Source: Candidatus Latescibacterota bacterium
GTDB lineage: Bacteria > Latescibacterota > UBA2968 > GCA-2709665
Assembly: GCA_965222075.1 (NCBI GenBank)
Contig: OZ244937.1
Location: 736,001 to 800,000 of the forward strand
Direction: 5' to 3'
DNA length: 64,000 nucleotides
Part shown: positions 31,555-40,644 of the stretch, piece by piece
How positions within the stretch are numbered: position 1 is the stretch's first letter
Layout of the letters: each line of letters starts with the position of its first letter
Position numbers and translations under genes: made by a program
Notes under the pieces: generated by a model
The model's input: only the letters and a program-made list of their open reading frames with translations
Database searches by the model: none
Told to the model about the DNA's origin: nothing

Positions 31555-31617
31555 AGGAATTCTCCGGAAAAACCCTCGGGGAGCCCCAATTTGATAAATA
31601 AAGGGCCCTGGACTAAG

Positions 31618-31671
31618 GACCCTTATATTGTGGGGTGCACATAATTATAATACAAAATGTTGGGTTGTCAA
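31618..31671 (-). promoter_or_regulatory. nrdR-nrdJ promoter with tandem NrdR boxes
   Basis: TTGACA-N16-TATAAT; boxes ACCCAACATTTTGTAT (31665-31650) and CCACAATATAAGGGTC (31633-31618), 32 bp apart. Confidence 0.8.
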
Positions 31672-31970
31672 GAGAAATTTGGCCGGTTTGGGGTCACTTC
31701 CGGGTATGGTTTCAGGATAAGAAATTGAGGAACAATCGGTTAAGAGAAATTGAAGAAAAAGATCACAACGGACACGAAACCATCCCCCCCGGTCCCACAC
31801 GAAAGGCGCCCCCCCGGTGTGGTGCGGTCCCGGGTGGAGGGAGATGGGTTTCGTGTTCCGAATTTTCTCCCTTGTCTTGTCCCTCCGGAAAGTCGTATAT
31901 TTACTTATTCCCCTGTTTTGTTCAGTCCCCGGTCTGTAGGGTGCTTTCTTTTCGATTTTTTCCTATTCCG

Positions 31971-33305
31971 ATGACTTCTCTTTTGAACCGTTTGAACTCC
32001 GAAGGGATGCAGCTGAAGGGTCGGATCGTTTCGGCGTTTTTTGAGAACCCATTTCTGGAGGCGGATGCGCCGGCGCTTGCCCTGCGGTGCGATTCCGATC
32101 TCAAAGCGCTGCGTGCTGCCCTGTCTGACCTCTGCCGCTGCGGCGTGCTCAGGCATGAGGCAGAACGCTACCGTTTCGAGCCTGAAGCGGGGGTCTATGG
32201 TGAGGCTGCCGCGCTGGCCGGGATGCACTGGGAAGCAGAGGCCCCCGTTCGGCAGCAGGTGGTGGAGCTGGAGACGCTGGCCCGGCTGCTGGAGGCACTG
32301 GTGCGGCAGGCGTCGGAGACCGAGGCGGGGGACGAGCGCATGGCGGCGGTGGCTGAGCTGAAGGCGATGCGGATGTGCCAGCAGGTGGCCCATGTGCTGT
32401 GCGATTGTGTGCGGACCGGGGCGCACCCGGCCTGGCGGGCGACGGCGGCCGGGGCGCTGGGCTACCATGGGGCTGCGGCGGCCTTCCCGGAGCTTCAGGA
32501 GGCGCTTCTGGCACATGCCCGGGAAGAGCCGGACCTGGTGGTGGCAAAGGCGATTGCCTTTGCGTTGCGGGACACCCAAGAGGCACTTGCCCTCTTGGAT
32601 CACGGCCAGGTGGGAGTGGCGGCCGAGGCGGTACTGGGAGTGACGCTTTCGGAGGTGGGGTGGACGGCTCTCATGGCGCGGTTTTTTGACGGGGTGGACG
32701 GGCAGGTGGAGGCCCTGATGTTGCGGCGGGTGCAGGCGGGGGAAGAGGCCGTTGCGCGGGTGGTCTCGTTTCTGTTGACGGCCGATTTTCCGGAGGACCG
32801 CGTGGGTCTGACGCCGCGGGTGTTCCGGCTGTTCGGGGCGCTGCCTCAGCCGGCCCTGTTCGCCGCGCTGGTCGGCGTGGAGGAGGAGATCCGGAGGACC
32901 CACAAAGAGATCTGGCCGGGCATCCAGCGGCGGGGGCGGAAGCGGGCGCTGATGGAGATTTTTGAGGATCGTGTGCGGGAAGACGGGGCTTCGGAAGCCC
33001 TGCTTGAGGCCCTGCTTGAGCGGACTGTAGAGGATGAGGGGTTTTGGGACCGGTACCTCCGATTCGTACGGTCCCTGCTTCGAACGCTGGATGCTGAAGG
33101 GACCGATGTTGTGATGGATCGGGTGGAGCGGATTGCGGGTGAGATCAACCGGGAGGAGATCGCCCGGCTGGCAGAGTTCTTAGTGGCGCTTGTCCAGGCG
33201 GTGCCGGCGACCGGGCTGAGGGTGCAGAAGGTGCTGGGCCGTTGGGAGGCGATTCTGCCGGGGGTGCAGGTGAAGGCGTTTCATGCGCGGCTGGGGGCGG
33301 GATAA
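31971..33305 (+). CDS. Hypothetical alpha-helical (HEAT-like) protein with possible N-terminal winged helix; start uncertain
   Basis: Ala/Leu-rich segments WRATAAGALG and VAKAIAFAL. Confidence 0.55.
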   Translation: MTSLLNRLNSEGMQLKGRIVSAFFENPFLEADAPALALRCDSDLKALRAALSDLCRCGVLRHEAERYRFEPEAGVYGEAAALAGMHWEAEAPVRQQVVELETLARLLEALVRQASETEAGDERMAAVAELKAMRMCQQVAHVLCDCVRTGAHPAWRATAAGALGYHGAAAAFPELQEALLAHAREEPDLVVAKAIAFALRDTQEALALLDHGQVGVAAEAVLGVTLSEVGWTALMARFFDGVDGQVEALMLRRVQAGEEAVARVVSFLLTADFPEDRVGLTPRVFRLFGALPQPALFAALVGVEEEIRRTHKEIWPGIQRRGRKRALMEIFEDRVREDGASEALLEALLERTVEDEGFWDRYLRFVRSLLRTLDAEGTDVVMDRVERIAGEINREEIARLAEFLVALVQAVPATGLRVQKVLGRWEAILPGVQVKAFHARLGAG

Positions 33306-33448
33306 ATCTGCGAAAATGGGTTTGACCAACGCCGACCGCTTGAGGGACCAAACCCGGAATTTTAAGACGGCTGCTAAGACAGCTTCTAAACAAGAAAAAC
33401 GGCGCAGGGTGTATATCCTGCGCCGTCTGCGTTTCAGTGCAAAACCGA

Positions 33449-34366
33449 TCAGAAGTATTTGCCCAGGCCGATGGCGATGGAGAACCCGCTGAAATCGCCC
33501 GGGCTGCCGAGCATGTCGGTAAAATGGGCGAGGGTGTATCGGCCGTCTAAAGTCAGGGCGAAGTCCTTGTTTTCCCCCAGGCGAATGTCGATTCCCGAGG
33601 CGACAAAACCACCTACGGTCAGGGAAAGCCGGGGCAAGTCCCCGAATGGAAGGGCAACGCTGAGGTCCAGGCCGTTGTAATAGCCGGCCCGATAGGGGGT
33701 GCCAACACCGGCGTTGAACCCGATGCCGGTGTGCGGATAAAAGCCCGGGGGACCGGTCTGATGGTCGAACCGAATGATCGGACCGGCTCCAAACCCGATG
33801 TGGGGTACAATGCGTTTGTCTGCGGCGAACTGCCGCTGCAGGCCAACAGGGAGGGAGGCAAGGGTGATGCGGCTGACGCTACCGGGCATGGCGCTGCCCA
33901 GCCTGGCGGCCGACTGCTGGTAGCCGTAGGTGAGCATTTCGATTCCGACCATGAGCCGGACTATGGGCGAGAGCCGCCGGTCGTAGCCGATGCGGAAGCC
34001 GATGCCGCCGGTGGCGCTGGAGAAGAAGGCGCTGAGGCCGTTGAGGTCGGGGAGACGGGTCGGCGGCAGGAGGATGTCGCGCGGTTCGGGATAGACTGTC
34101 TGTGCAATGAAGGGGGCCTGATCGAGGTCGATCAGGAGGTCGCTGCCGGGCGGCGCCTGCACAGGGGTGCCGTTTTCGGCCCCTGTACTGCCGAACTCGC
34201 CTGGAAGGCGGACGACGATGCGGCCGTTTTCGTCGATGATGGTCACGACCGTCTTGGAGACAGATGCGCGCGCTTCAGGGTGAGCAGGGCGCGGCTTCTC
34301 TGCTGCTGAGAGGGGTACGGAGATCAACAGCGCAAGAGAGGCAAAAACCGGGATGAATCGTTGCAT
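33449..34366 (-). CDS. Putative outer-membrane beta-barrel protein
   Basis: Signal peptide, alternating strands, C-terminal IGLGKYF; SD AAGGAGG. Confidence 0.65.
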   Translation of the reverse strand: MQRFIPVFASLALLISVPLSAAEKPRPAHPEARASVSKTVVTIIDENGRIVVRLPGEFGSTGAENGTPVQAPPGSDLLIDLDQAPFIAQTVYPEPRDILLPPTRLPDLNGLSAFFSSATGGIGFRIGYDRRLSPIVRLMVGIEMLTYGYQQSAARLGSAMPGSVSRITLASLPVGLQRQFAADKRIVPHIGFGAGPIIRFDHQTGPPGFYPHTGIGFNAGVGTPYRAGYYNGLDLSVALPFGDLPRLSLTVGGFVASGIDIRLGENKDFALTLDGRYTLAHFTDMLGSPGDFSGFSIAIGLGKYF

Positions 34367-34639
34367 GGGGCACCTCCTTTAAGGCGTACAGGGCGCAGCG
34401 TATCACGACGGTTTTCCGTTGTTTTACGGAGTAGGCCACCACAAAGTATTTGACAGGTGCGTCTTCAAGAGATATTTTGGTCCTTGACTGCCTGGATTTG
34501 CGGCCAGGGTGTCGCTTTTGGGTCAAATATAATATACCACAATTGGAAGGTGTAGTCAACGGTGGTGGGTTGGAGCCTTCCAGTCTCACAATCGGCAGAG
34601 GTACGGGGTCTCTCTGCGTGACTCAGTCTGGAGGCCGCG

Positions 34640-35542
34640 ATGCGCAGGAAAGGAAGATTTGCTCTGGCTGTTGCCGCTGTTCTGGTGATGGCATTTTTGT
34701 TGTTACGATATGTTGAATTTTTCCCCGGAGACAGGGAGAAAGCACCGCGAAGGGCCCGGGGAGGGATCGAAGAGCACGTGTATGGGGGCCTGCCGGACGA
34801 GGGTCCGGTTCTGGTTCGGAATGGGTACGTACTTTCCTACGATCCGGATCGCAGGGTGCCATCCTGGGTCGCCTACCACCTGAGGCCGGACTATGTGAAG
34901 ACGCCCAAGAGAAGAGGGGGGTATGCCAGGTTCCGCCCGGACGCTGAGGTCGAGCACCCTGTCCGGCCTGGGGACTACCGGGGGGCAGACTACCACCGGG
35001 GACATCTGGCCCCGTATTTTGCGATGGGGGGAGACCGGGATGGGGACGGGCTGTATGCGGCCGATGGGGACCGGGAGGACCAGGAGACGGTTTTTGAGGC
35101 GAACCGGATGAGCAATATCGCGCCTCAGCACGCTAAGTTCAACGGTCCCGGCGGGGTATGGTACGGTCTGGAGACCTGGGTGCGGGAGGAGGTTGTGAAG
35201 AAGCGGGGGAGAGAGGTCTGGGTGTTTGCAGGGTGCGTGTTCGGGCCGGGCGAGCACGAAAGGATCGGACCGGAGGAGGATATTTATGTGCCGCCGATGT
35301 TTTTCAAGATTGTGATTGTCGAGGAGGGATCAGAGCCGGTGGTGCTCGCTTTCCTGTTTCCCCACCAGCGTGTGATTCACAGGTCCGGGAAGGAGCGGAT
35401 TTTCCCTTATTTCCTGGTTTCTGTGGATGTGATCGAGGCGCTGACCGGGCTGAATTTCCTCCGGGGGCTGGAGGGGGAGGAGGTGCTTGAGAAGGTGGAT
35501 ACGTGGGTGAACTGGAAGCAGTTTGTGCGTATGCATCCGTAG
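34640..35542 (+). CDS. DNA/RNA non-specific endonuclease (NucA/EndA type)
   Basis: N-terminal anchor; PSWVAY, YHRGHLAP, SNIAPQ..N...W..LE, VP..FFK, IE.LTGL.F. Confidence 0.88.
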   Translation: MRRKGRFALAVAAVLVMAFLLLRYVEFFPGDREKAPRRARGGIEEHVYGGLPDEGPVLVRNGYVLSYDPDRRVPSWVAYHLRPDYVKTPKRRGGYARFRPDAEVEHPVRPGDYRGADYHRGHLAPYFAMGGDRDGDGLYAADGDREDQETVFEANRMSNIAPQHAKFNGPGGVWYGLETWVREEVVKKRGREVWVFAGCVFGPGEHERIGPEEDIYVPPMFFKIVIVEEGSEPVVLAFLFPHQRVIHRSGKERIFPYFLVSVDVIEALTGLNFLRGLEGEEVLEKVDTWVNWKQFVRMHP

Positions 35543-35692
35543 CCCGGTGGGTAGTGGGCTGAGATTATCCCAGGACACGACCCGGGATAAAGTTGAGCTT
35601 GACATTGCCTCTTCCCGGAGTAATATTCTCTTAGGAATGAACCTCATCCAGTGGTATATGGATGCGTTTTTTAATTCAATGGGAAAATATCA

Positions 35693-35853
35693 ATGGAGGA
35701 TATCATTCGCAAGGCCCGGTTGACAGATGTTCCATATATGGTCGGGCTCTCAGAACAGAAAAGAATTCAGTATGAGAAATACCAGCTAAACGGACGATGC
35801 TGCAATCACAGGATTTTTCAATTGCATCGGAATGGTATGTGAGAGAAATATAA
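35693..35853 (+). pseudogene. Internally deleted GNAT-like gene remnant
   Basis: MEDIIRKARLTDVPYMVGLSEQKRIQYEKYQ joined out of frame to KRTMLQSQDFSIASEWYVREI*. Confidence 0.5.
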
Positions 35854-35903
35854 CGTGAAAGATTCATAAAATCTGTTTCCGTTCATGAAATTAATCAGGT
35901 TTA

Positions 35904-36644
35904 ATGAGTGAAATCGAGGCATATACAATGTATATCGACATCAAGACGGACCAGCAGTATTGGAGTCGTAAGAAAGTTTGCTTGCCGAGCGCGTGGAAGC
36001 GCGTCAAAGACGCCAGGCACTTCCTCAAGGGCGAGTGGATCACTATCGACGCCAACGACGAAGTGCGGCGCATCACCCGCGATCCGCATGACAACATCAG
36101 TGTATTTCCGGTTATCGAAGAGGCGGGACCGCTTACTCAAAAGCTGGGCGTGGCTATGGGCCTGTATGAGGCCGAGACCGACAACTACTGTGGTGCGCCA
36201 TCGCGCAACGACCCGCTGACGATAGCCAGCGATGGCGGTACGCCCAATCGAGGCCGTCTGCGCGTGGCGGCGACTGGCGAGCCGGTCATCGCCATGGTTG
36301 AGAAGTCACCGATTCGGGACGTTAACGACCTGGTCTTTCGCACGGTAATTACAATCTGCGTAACCGAGCAAATCGATGGATATACTTTCCGACTTGACCC
36401 CAGAAGCAAGACCGCCGTAACGGCTCAGGCGTCTCGGCAGCTGGTCAGAAGCGTTTTTATTTCTCATGACACATATCACACTGCCAGGCCGGTTTTTGAG
36501 TTTCTACATCCATCAATGCGGATTCATATTGCAGAGATGTTGACCGATATTCCGGCAGAAAAACTGCGAGATCTCGTCAGAGTATTTTTTGTAGATCCAA
36601 AGACTAAGGAAAGGTTATTTGACCTCTCGGCACACCATGTCTAA
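35904..36644 (+). CDS. Hypothetical protein, 246 aa, lower GC
   Basis: ORF whose stop overlaps the next gene's start; no motif recognised. Confidence 0.6.
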   Translation: MSEIEAYTMYIDIKTDQQYWSRKKVCLPSAWKRVKDARHFLKGEWITIDANDEVRRITRDPHDNISVFPVIEEAGPLTQKLGVAMGLYEAETDNYCGAPSRNDPLTIASDGGTPNRGRLRVAATGEPVIAMVEKSPIRDVNDLVFRTVITICVTEQIDGYTFRLDPRSKTAVTAQASRQLVRSVFISHDTYHTARPVFEFLHPSMRIHIAEMLTDIPAEKLRDLVRVFFVDPKTKERLFDLSAHHV

Positions 36645-37113
36645 AAGGGGTAATCTGTACACAGGTAGAGCAGGTCATCTTGCGGTTATGGCGGAGTTGC
36701 TGCTTCGAGGGTGGAACACCGCTATTCCGGAAGTCGATGTGGGCGACGATATTTTCGTCGTCCACGATAGCAAGGGGGACTTGCGCCGCGTACAGGTGAA
36801 GACGGCTTTGGCAAAGCGGTTGAAGGTGGGTCACAGCGCGCAGTTCAATCTCTCGCTCTCGCAACTCCAAACGTCTATGACTCCGGAAGTAACATATATT
36901 TTTGCCGTCCGACTTCTCAATCATTGGGACTCTTTTGTCGTGATTGACAGGGAAATTTTGGATGAGGAACATAGCTCGTATCGTCTGGGGAGCGGAAGCA
37001 CCGACAGGCTCGTATTGCGGTTGCGTTTCGAGGGAACAAGCGTTATCTGTAAAGAGCGGGACTTGTCGCAATACCGCAATAACTGGGAGGCCTTTTCCAT
37101 TATCGAGCACTGA
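36637..37113 (+). CDS. Small PD-(D/E)XK nuclease
   Basis: GRAGHLAVMAELLLRGW..P.VDVGDD....VQVKT pattern. Confidence 0.75.
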   Translation: MSKRGNLYTGRAGHLAVMAELLLRGWNTAIPEVDVGDDIFVVHDSKGDLRRVQVKTALAKRLKVGHSAQFNLSLSQLQTSMTPEVTYIFAVRLLNHWDSFVVIDREILDEEHSSYRLGSGSTDRLVLRLRFEGTSVICKERDLSQYRNNWEAFSIIEH

Positions 37114-37336
37114 TCGCACCGGGGAACGCGCGAGTCACTGAGCGTTTTAAGACCTAAGTCATATAGAGATTCATCGTGGGGGGATGCGTCTGGGGAAACG
37201 GAGTTTGCAGGCCGCCTTTGTATGACTGGTTCGGCAGGCCGCGTAGGTCTTCTGGAGCAGGGCGTGCAGGTCCGCCTGCGCGTAGCGCGCGGGCAGGCGG
37301 TTATGGTGGTGGTATTGACCTGAAAGGAGGCTCGAG

Positions 37337-37717
37337 ATGTTTGAATGGGAGACCTTTTTCGAGATTATTGTCGCTTACGCGATCGCTGCTCTGGTGATCG
37401 AGCGGGCTTTGTACCAGGTCTTCGACACGAAACTGTGGAAATGGGTTGAGGAGAAGGTCAACGAGGCGGCAGGCGGCGATCATGCGGATCTGAAGCCCTG
37501 GATTTCGGTTGTGGTCTCTGTTGGAGTCGCACTGAAGCTGGACCTCGATATATGTGCTTTTATGTTCGGCAGGGCGCCCAATCCGCTGACGGTCTTGCTC
37601 ACGGGGCTCTTTATCGCGGGGGGGAGCACCGGGGTCTATAAATTCTTCAAAAGGGCACGGAAACTCAAGGATGCCAGGAAGAAAGCCGCCATTGTAGAGG
37701 CGAAAAGGACCGAATAG
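37337..37717 (+). CDS. Small 3-TM membrane protein, holin-like
   Basis: Strong SD AAAGGAGG; LLTGLFIAGGSTGVYKFFK followed by a basic C-tail. Confidence 0.65.
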   Translation: MFEWETFFEIIVAYAIAALVIERALYQVFDTKLWKWVEEKVNEAAGGDHADLKPWISVVVSVGVALKLDLDICAFMFGRAPNPLTVLLTGLFIAGGSTGVYKFFKRARKLKDARKKAAIVEAKRTE

Positions 37718-37767
37718 AGAAGCGTTCGGCTGGCGCTGGTCCACGGTTTCCTCCAGCCGATAAGCAA

Positions 37768-37980
37768 CCCGGAAAGGACGCGGACAGGAAGACCAACCCA
37801 AAGATACTGATTGTCGACGACGATGGCCCCGGCGCCGCACACCTGGAAGAATGCCTGAAAAACCTGGGATACACGGTGTGCGCCGTGGCCTCGTGCGGGC
37901 GCGAGGCCACGGAAAGGGAACGACCATGCGCGTGACACTGCCGCTTTCCTCGGTCGCCCCCCATGCAACGACAGGATAAC
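37768..37980 (+). pseudogene. Collapsed remnant of a paralogous receiver/histidine-kinase gene
   Basis: 37768-37910 resembles 38477-38620; 37910-37980 is identical to 40540-40610; start codon lost. Confidence 0.85.
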
Positions 37981-38305
37981 CAATGACAAAACGGTCCGAT
38001 CCGCGTTCCGTCGGACCGATGCAGGTTCCATACGCCTCGCAAGGGGCTCCCGAGTCCGGCGTGCCGCTGCAAACGTGTTGCAAAACGCGCCTTCCGTTGC
38101 AAATTGCACCAAATCCTCTACTTCCCTCTCGGATATTTCCCATAAGTCCTTCATAAACATCCATTTATATCTCCTGTTATGGTGGAAAAGCGGCCGCTCC
38201 GGCGGCTTGCCATGGAGCATTCTGCAACACGCCGAGAAATTCCCCCGTCGTTGCATATATTCTAACTCCCTTATACACAATCAGTTGGGTGTTTAATTGG
38301 AAAGG

Positions 38306-38321
38306 TGGCACGAATTTTGCG
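38306..38321 (+). promoter_or_regulatory. Sigma54 -24/-12 promoter
   Basis: TGGCAC-GAATT-TTGCG; several GTTGCA/TGCAAC sites 60-230 bp upstream; precedes a kinase and a bEBP gene. Confidence 0.75.
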
Positions 38322-38496
38322 TTGTCTGTTTGGAAATTACCAGAGTTCCCCGCTGGCGAGACGGTTACTCGAGGAATACGCCGACATTAGTATTGCCATC
38401 GCCACCACCCGCTCTGCGCGTGGTCGTTGATTCTCGCGGACCTGCCGGCACTGATACATCCGCGCCCGTGGGACGCCCGGAAAGGACGCGAACAGG

Positions 38497-40609
38497 TTGA
38501 CCAACGCGAAGATACTGATCGTCGACGACGATGAATCCGGCGCCGCTCACGTCGAAGAATGCCTGAAATCCCTGGGATATACGGTGTGCGTCCCGGTTTC
38601 CAGCGGCTGCCGGGCCATGGAAAGTGCCGAGGCCACGCGACCCGACCTGGCCCTGGTTGACCTCGGGCTGGAAGGGGAACTCACGGGCCCGGAAACGGGG
38701 GAGCGGATCGGCAGCCGGTTCGAGATTCCCGTGGTTTACCTGACCGACGATGCCGATGCGGACCTGTTGCGACGGGCGTGGGCGACCGACCCGTTCGGCT
38801 ACGTGCTGAGGCCGTTCGAAGTGGTGCAGCTGCACCTGAACATTCAGACCGCCGTCTCCCGGCACCGGAGGGAATGCAGGCATAGAGAAACGCGGATCAG
38901 GTTGAACAGAACCATTGACGAACTGAAAGATCTCGTCCAACTTATGAAGACCGTATTCGACAGCATGGGCGAGGCCGTGCTCGCCGTCAGTAGGAACGGC
39001 ATGCCCGTGGTCTTCAACTCGAATGCGCAGCAGATGGTCGGAGCCTGTGAGCTGGAGGGAGACATCCATAAATGGGCTGACAAATACGGTGTTTTTCAAC
39101 CCGATGGAGAGACGACCGTTCGGAAGCATGGGAACCCGTTGCGGCTTGCCATAAACGGCCAGGCCACGGACAACATCGAGCTGTTCATACGCAACAAGCA
39201 GAATCCGGACGGCATTCATGTCAACGTAAGCGGTAGACCCCTGATAGGAAAAACAGGTGTTATTAAAGGGGGCGTGGTCGTCGCCCGTGACGTCACCAGG
39301 CTCAAGCAGGCGGAAGCCGAGCTGGAACGGACGCTCGCCCGGCAGCAGGAACAGGCCGGCCTCATGCAGACCATTTTCAGCAGCATCAGCGACGGCGTGG
39401 TGGTCGCCGACGCCGAGGGGAAATTCACGCTCTTCAATCCCAGCGCCGAACAGATTGTCGGCGTCGGTATGCTGGATCTGCCGCCCGAACAATGGACCGA
39501 GCGATACGGTGTCTTTTATCCCGATAAAACGACCCACGTGCCAACGGAACGGCTGCCCCTGGTGCGCGCCATGCGGGGCGAGGCAACCGACGAGATCGAG
39601 CTGTTCATCCGCAACGAGCAGAAGCCGGACGGCGTTTATATCAGCGTCAGCGGGCGGCCTCTGCAGGCAGACGTTGACGGGCACGGCGGCGGGGTGATCA
39701 TTTTCCGCGACGTCACCGAGCGCAGTGCTGGCCGAGGAGGCGCTGGCGCGAGCCTTCGCGCAGGGGCGGCTGGAGATCGTGGATACCATTCTCCACAACA
39801 TCGGCAACGCGATCAACAGCGTCACCACGGGCATCGAGACCGTGCGCCGCAACCTGGTGAACGACCCGGTGGGACGCCGTCTCTTCGCGCTGGCCGCGGC
39901 GGTGCGGGCGCACCGGAACGACTGGGTCGACTATATCGCGAACGACCCTCAGGGCCGCAAGGTGATGCCGTTCATCGTCGAACTCGCGGAAAGCCTTTCC
40001 AGGCGGAACGAAGAGCTGATGAAGACCGTGGGCCGCGTCCGGGACCGGGCCAACCATATCGCCGATATCGTCCGCACCCAGAAGGCGCTCGCCAGTCCCA
40101 GCAGTATGGATCGCAAGGACGTGGACCTGCACGACGCGCTCTCGGGCGCCGTGAGGGTGTTGAGGGACTCGCTCAACAAAAGGGGCATCCAGGTCGCCAT
40201 CGACTGCGAAAACGCGCCGCGGGAGATTCGCATCCAGGAGAGCCAGTTTCACCAGATGCTGGTCAACCTGGTGAAAAACTCGCTTGAAGCCATCGACGAA
40301 CTTGCCGCAGCGCGGGGACTCGACGATACGCCCCGCATCCGGATCAGGGCCAGCGCCGGAGAGGAATTTCTCAACCTGGAAGTGATTGACAACGGCATCG
40401 GCATCAGAAACAAGGACACCAGGGTGCTTTTTTCACCCGGTTACACGACGAAAGAATCGGGGAGCGGGCTCGGTCTCCATTCCGCGGCCAATTTCGTCAT
40501 TGCCTCCGGCGGACGAATTGAGCCGTTGAGCGAGGGAACCGGAAAGGGAACGACCATGCGCGTGACACTGCCGCTTTCCTCGGTCGCCCCCCATGCAACG
40601 ACAGGATAA
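38497..40609 (+). pseudogene. REC-PAS-PAS hybrid histidine kinase split by a +1 frameshift at about 39724
   Basis: Frame 1 ends its coherent part at RDVTER; the shifted frame continues VLAEEAL..ILHNIGN..NLVKNS..DNGIG..GSGLGL. Confidence 0.8.
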
Positions 40610-40644
40610 CGACAGTAACGACCGATGGACAGGGCGGTTCGGGA

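Noticed and set aside
39715-39735. Programmed ribosomal frameshift in the kinase
   Set aside because: No slippery sequence or obvious stimulator; mutation or sequencing error is more likely
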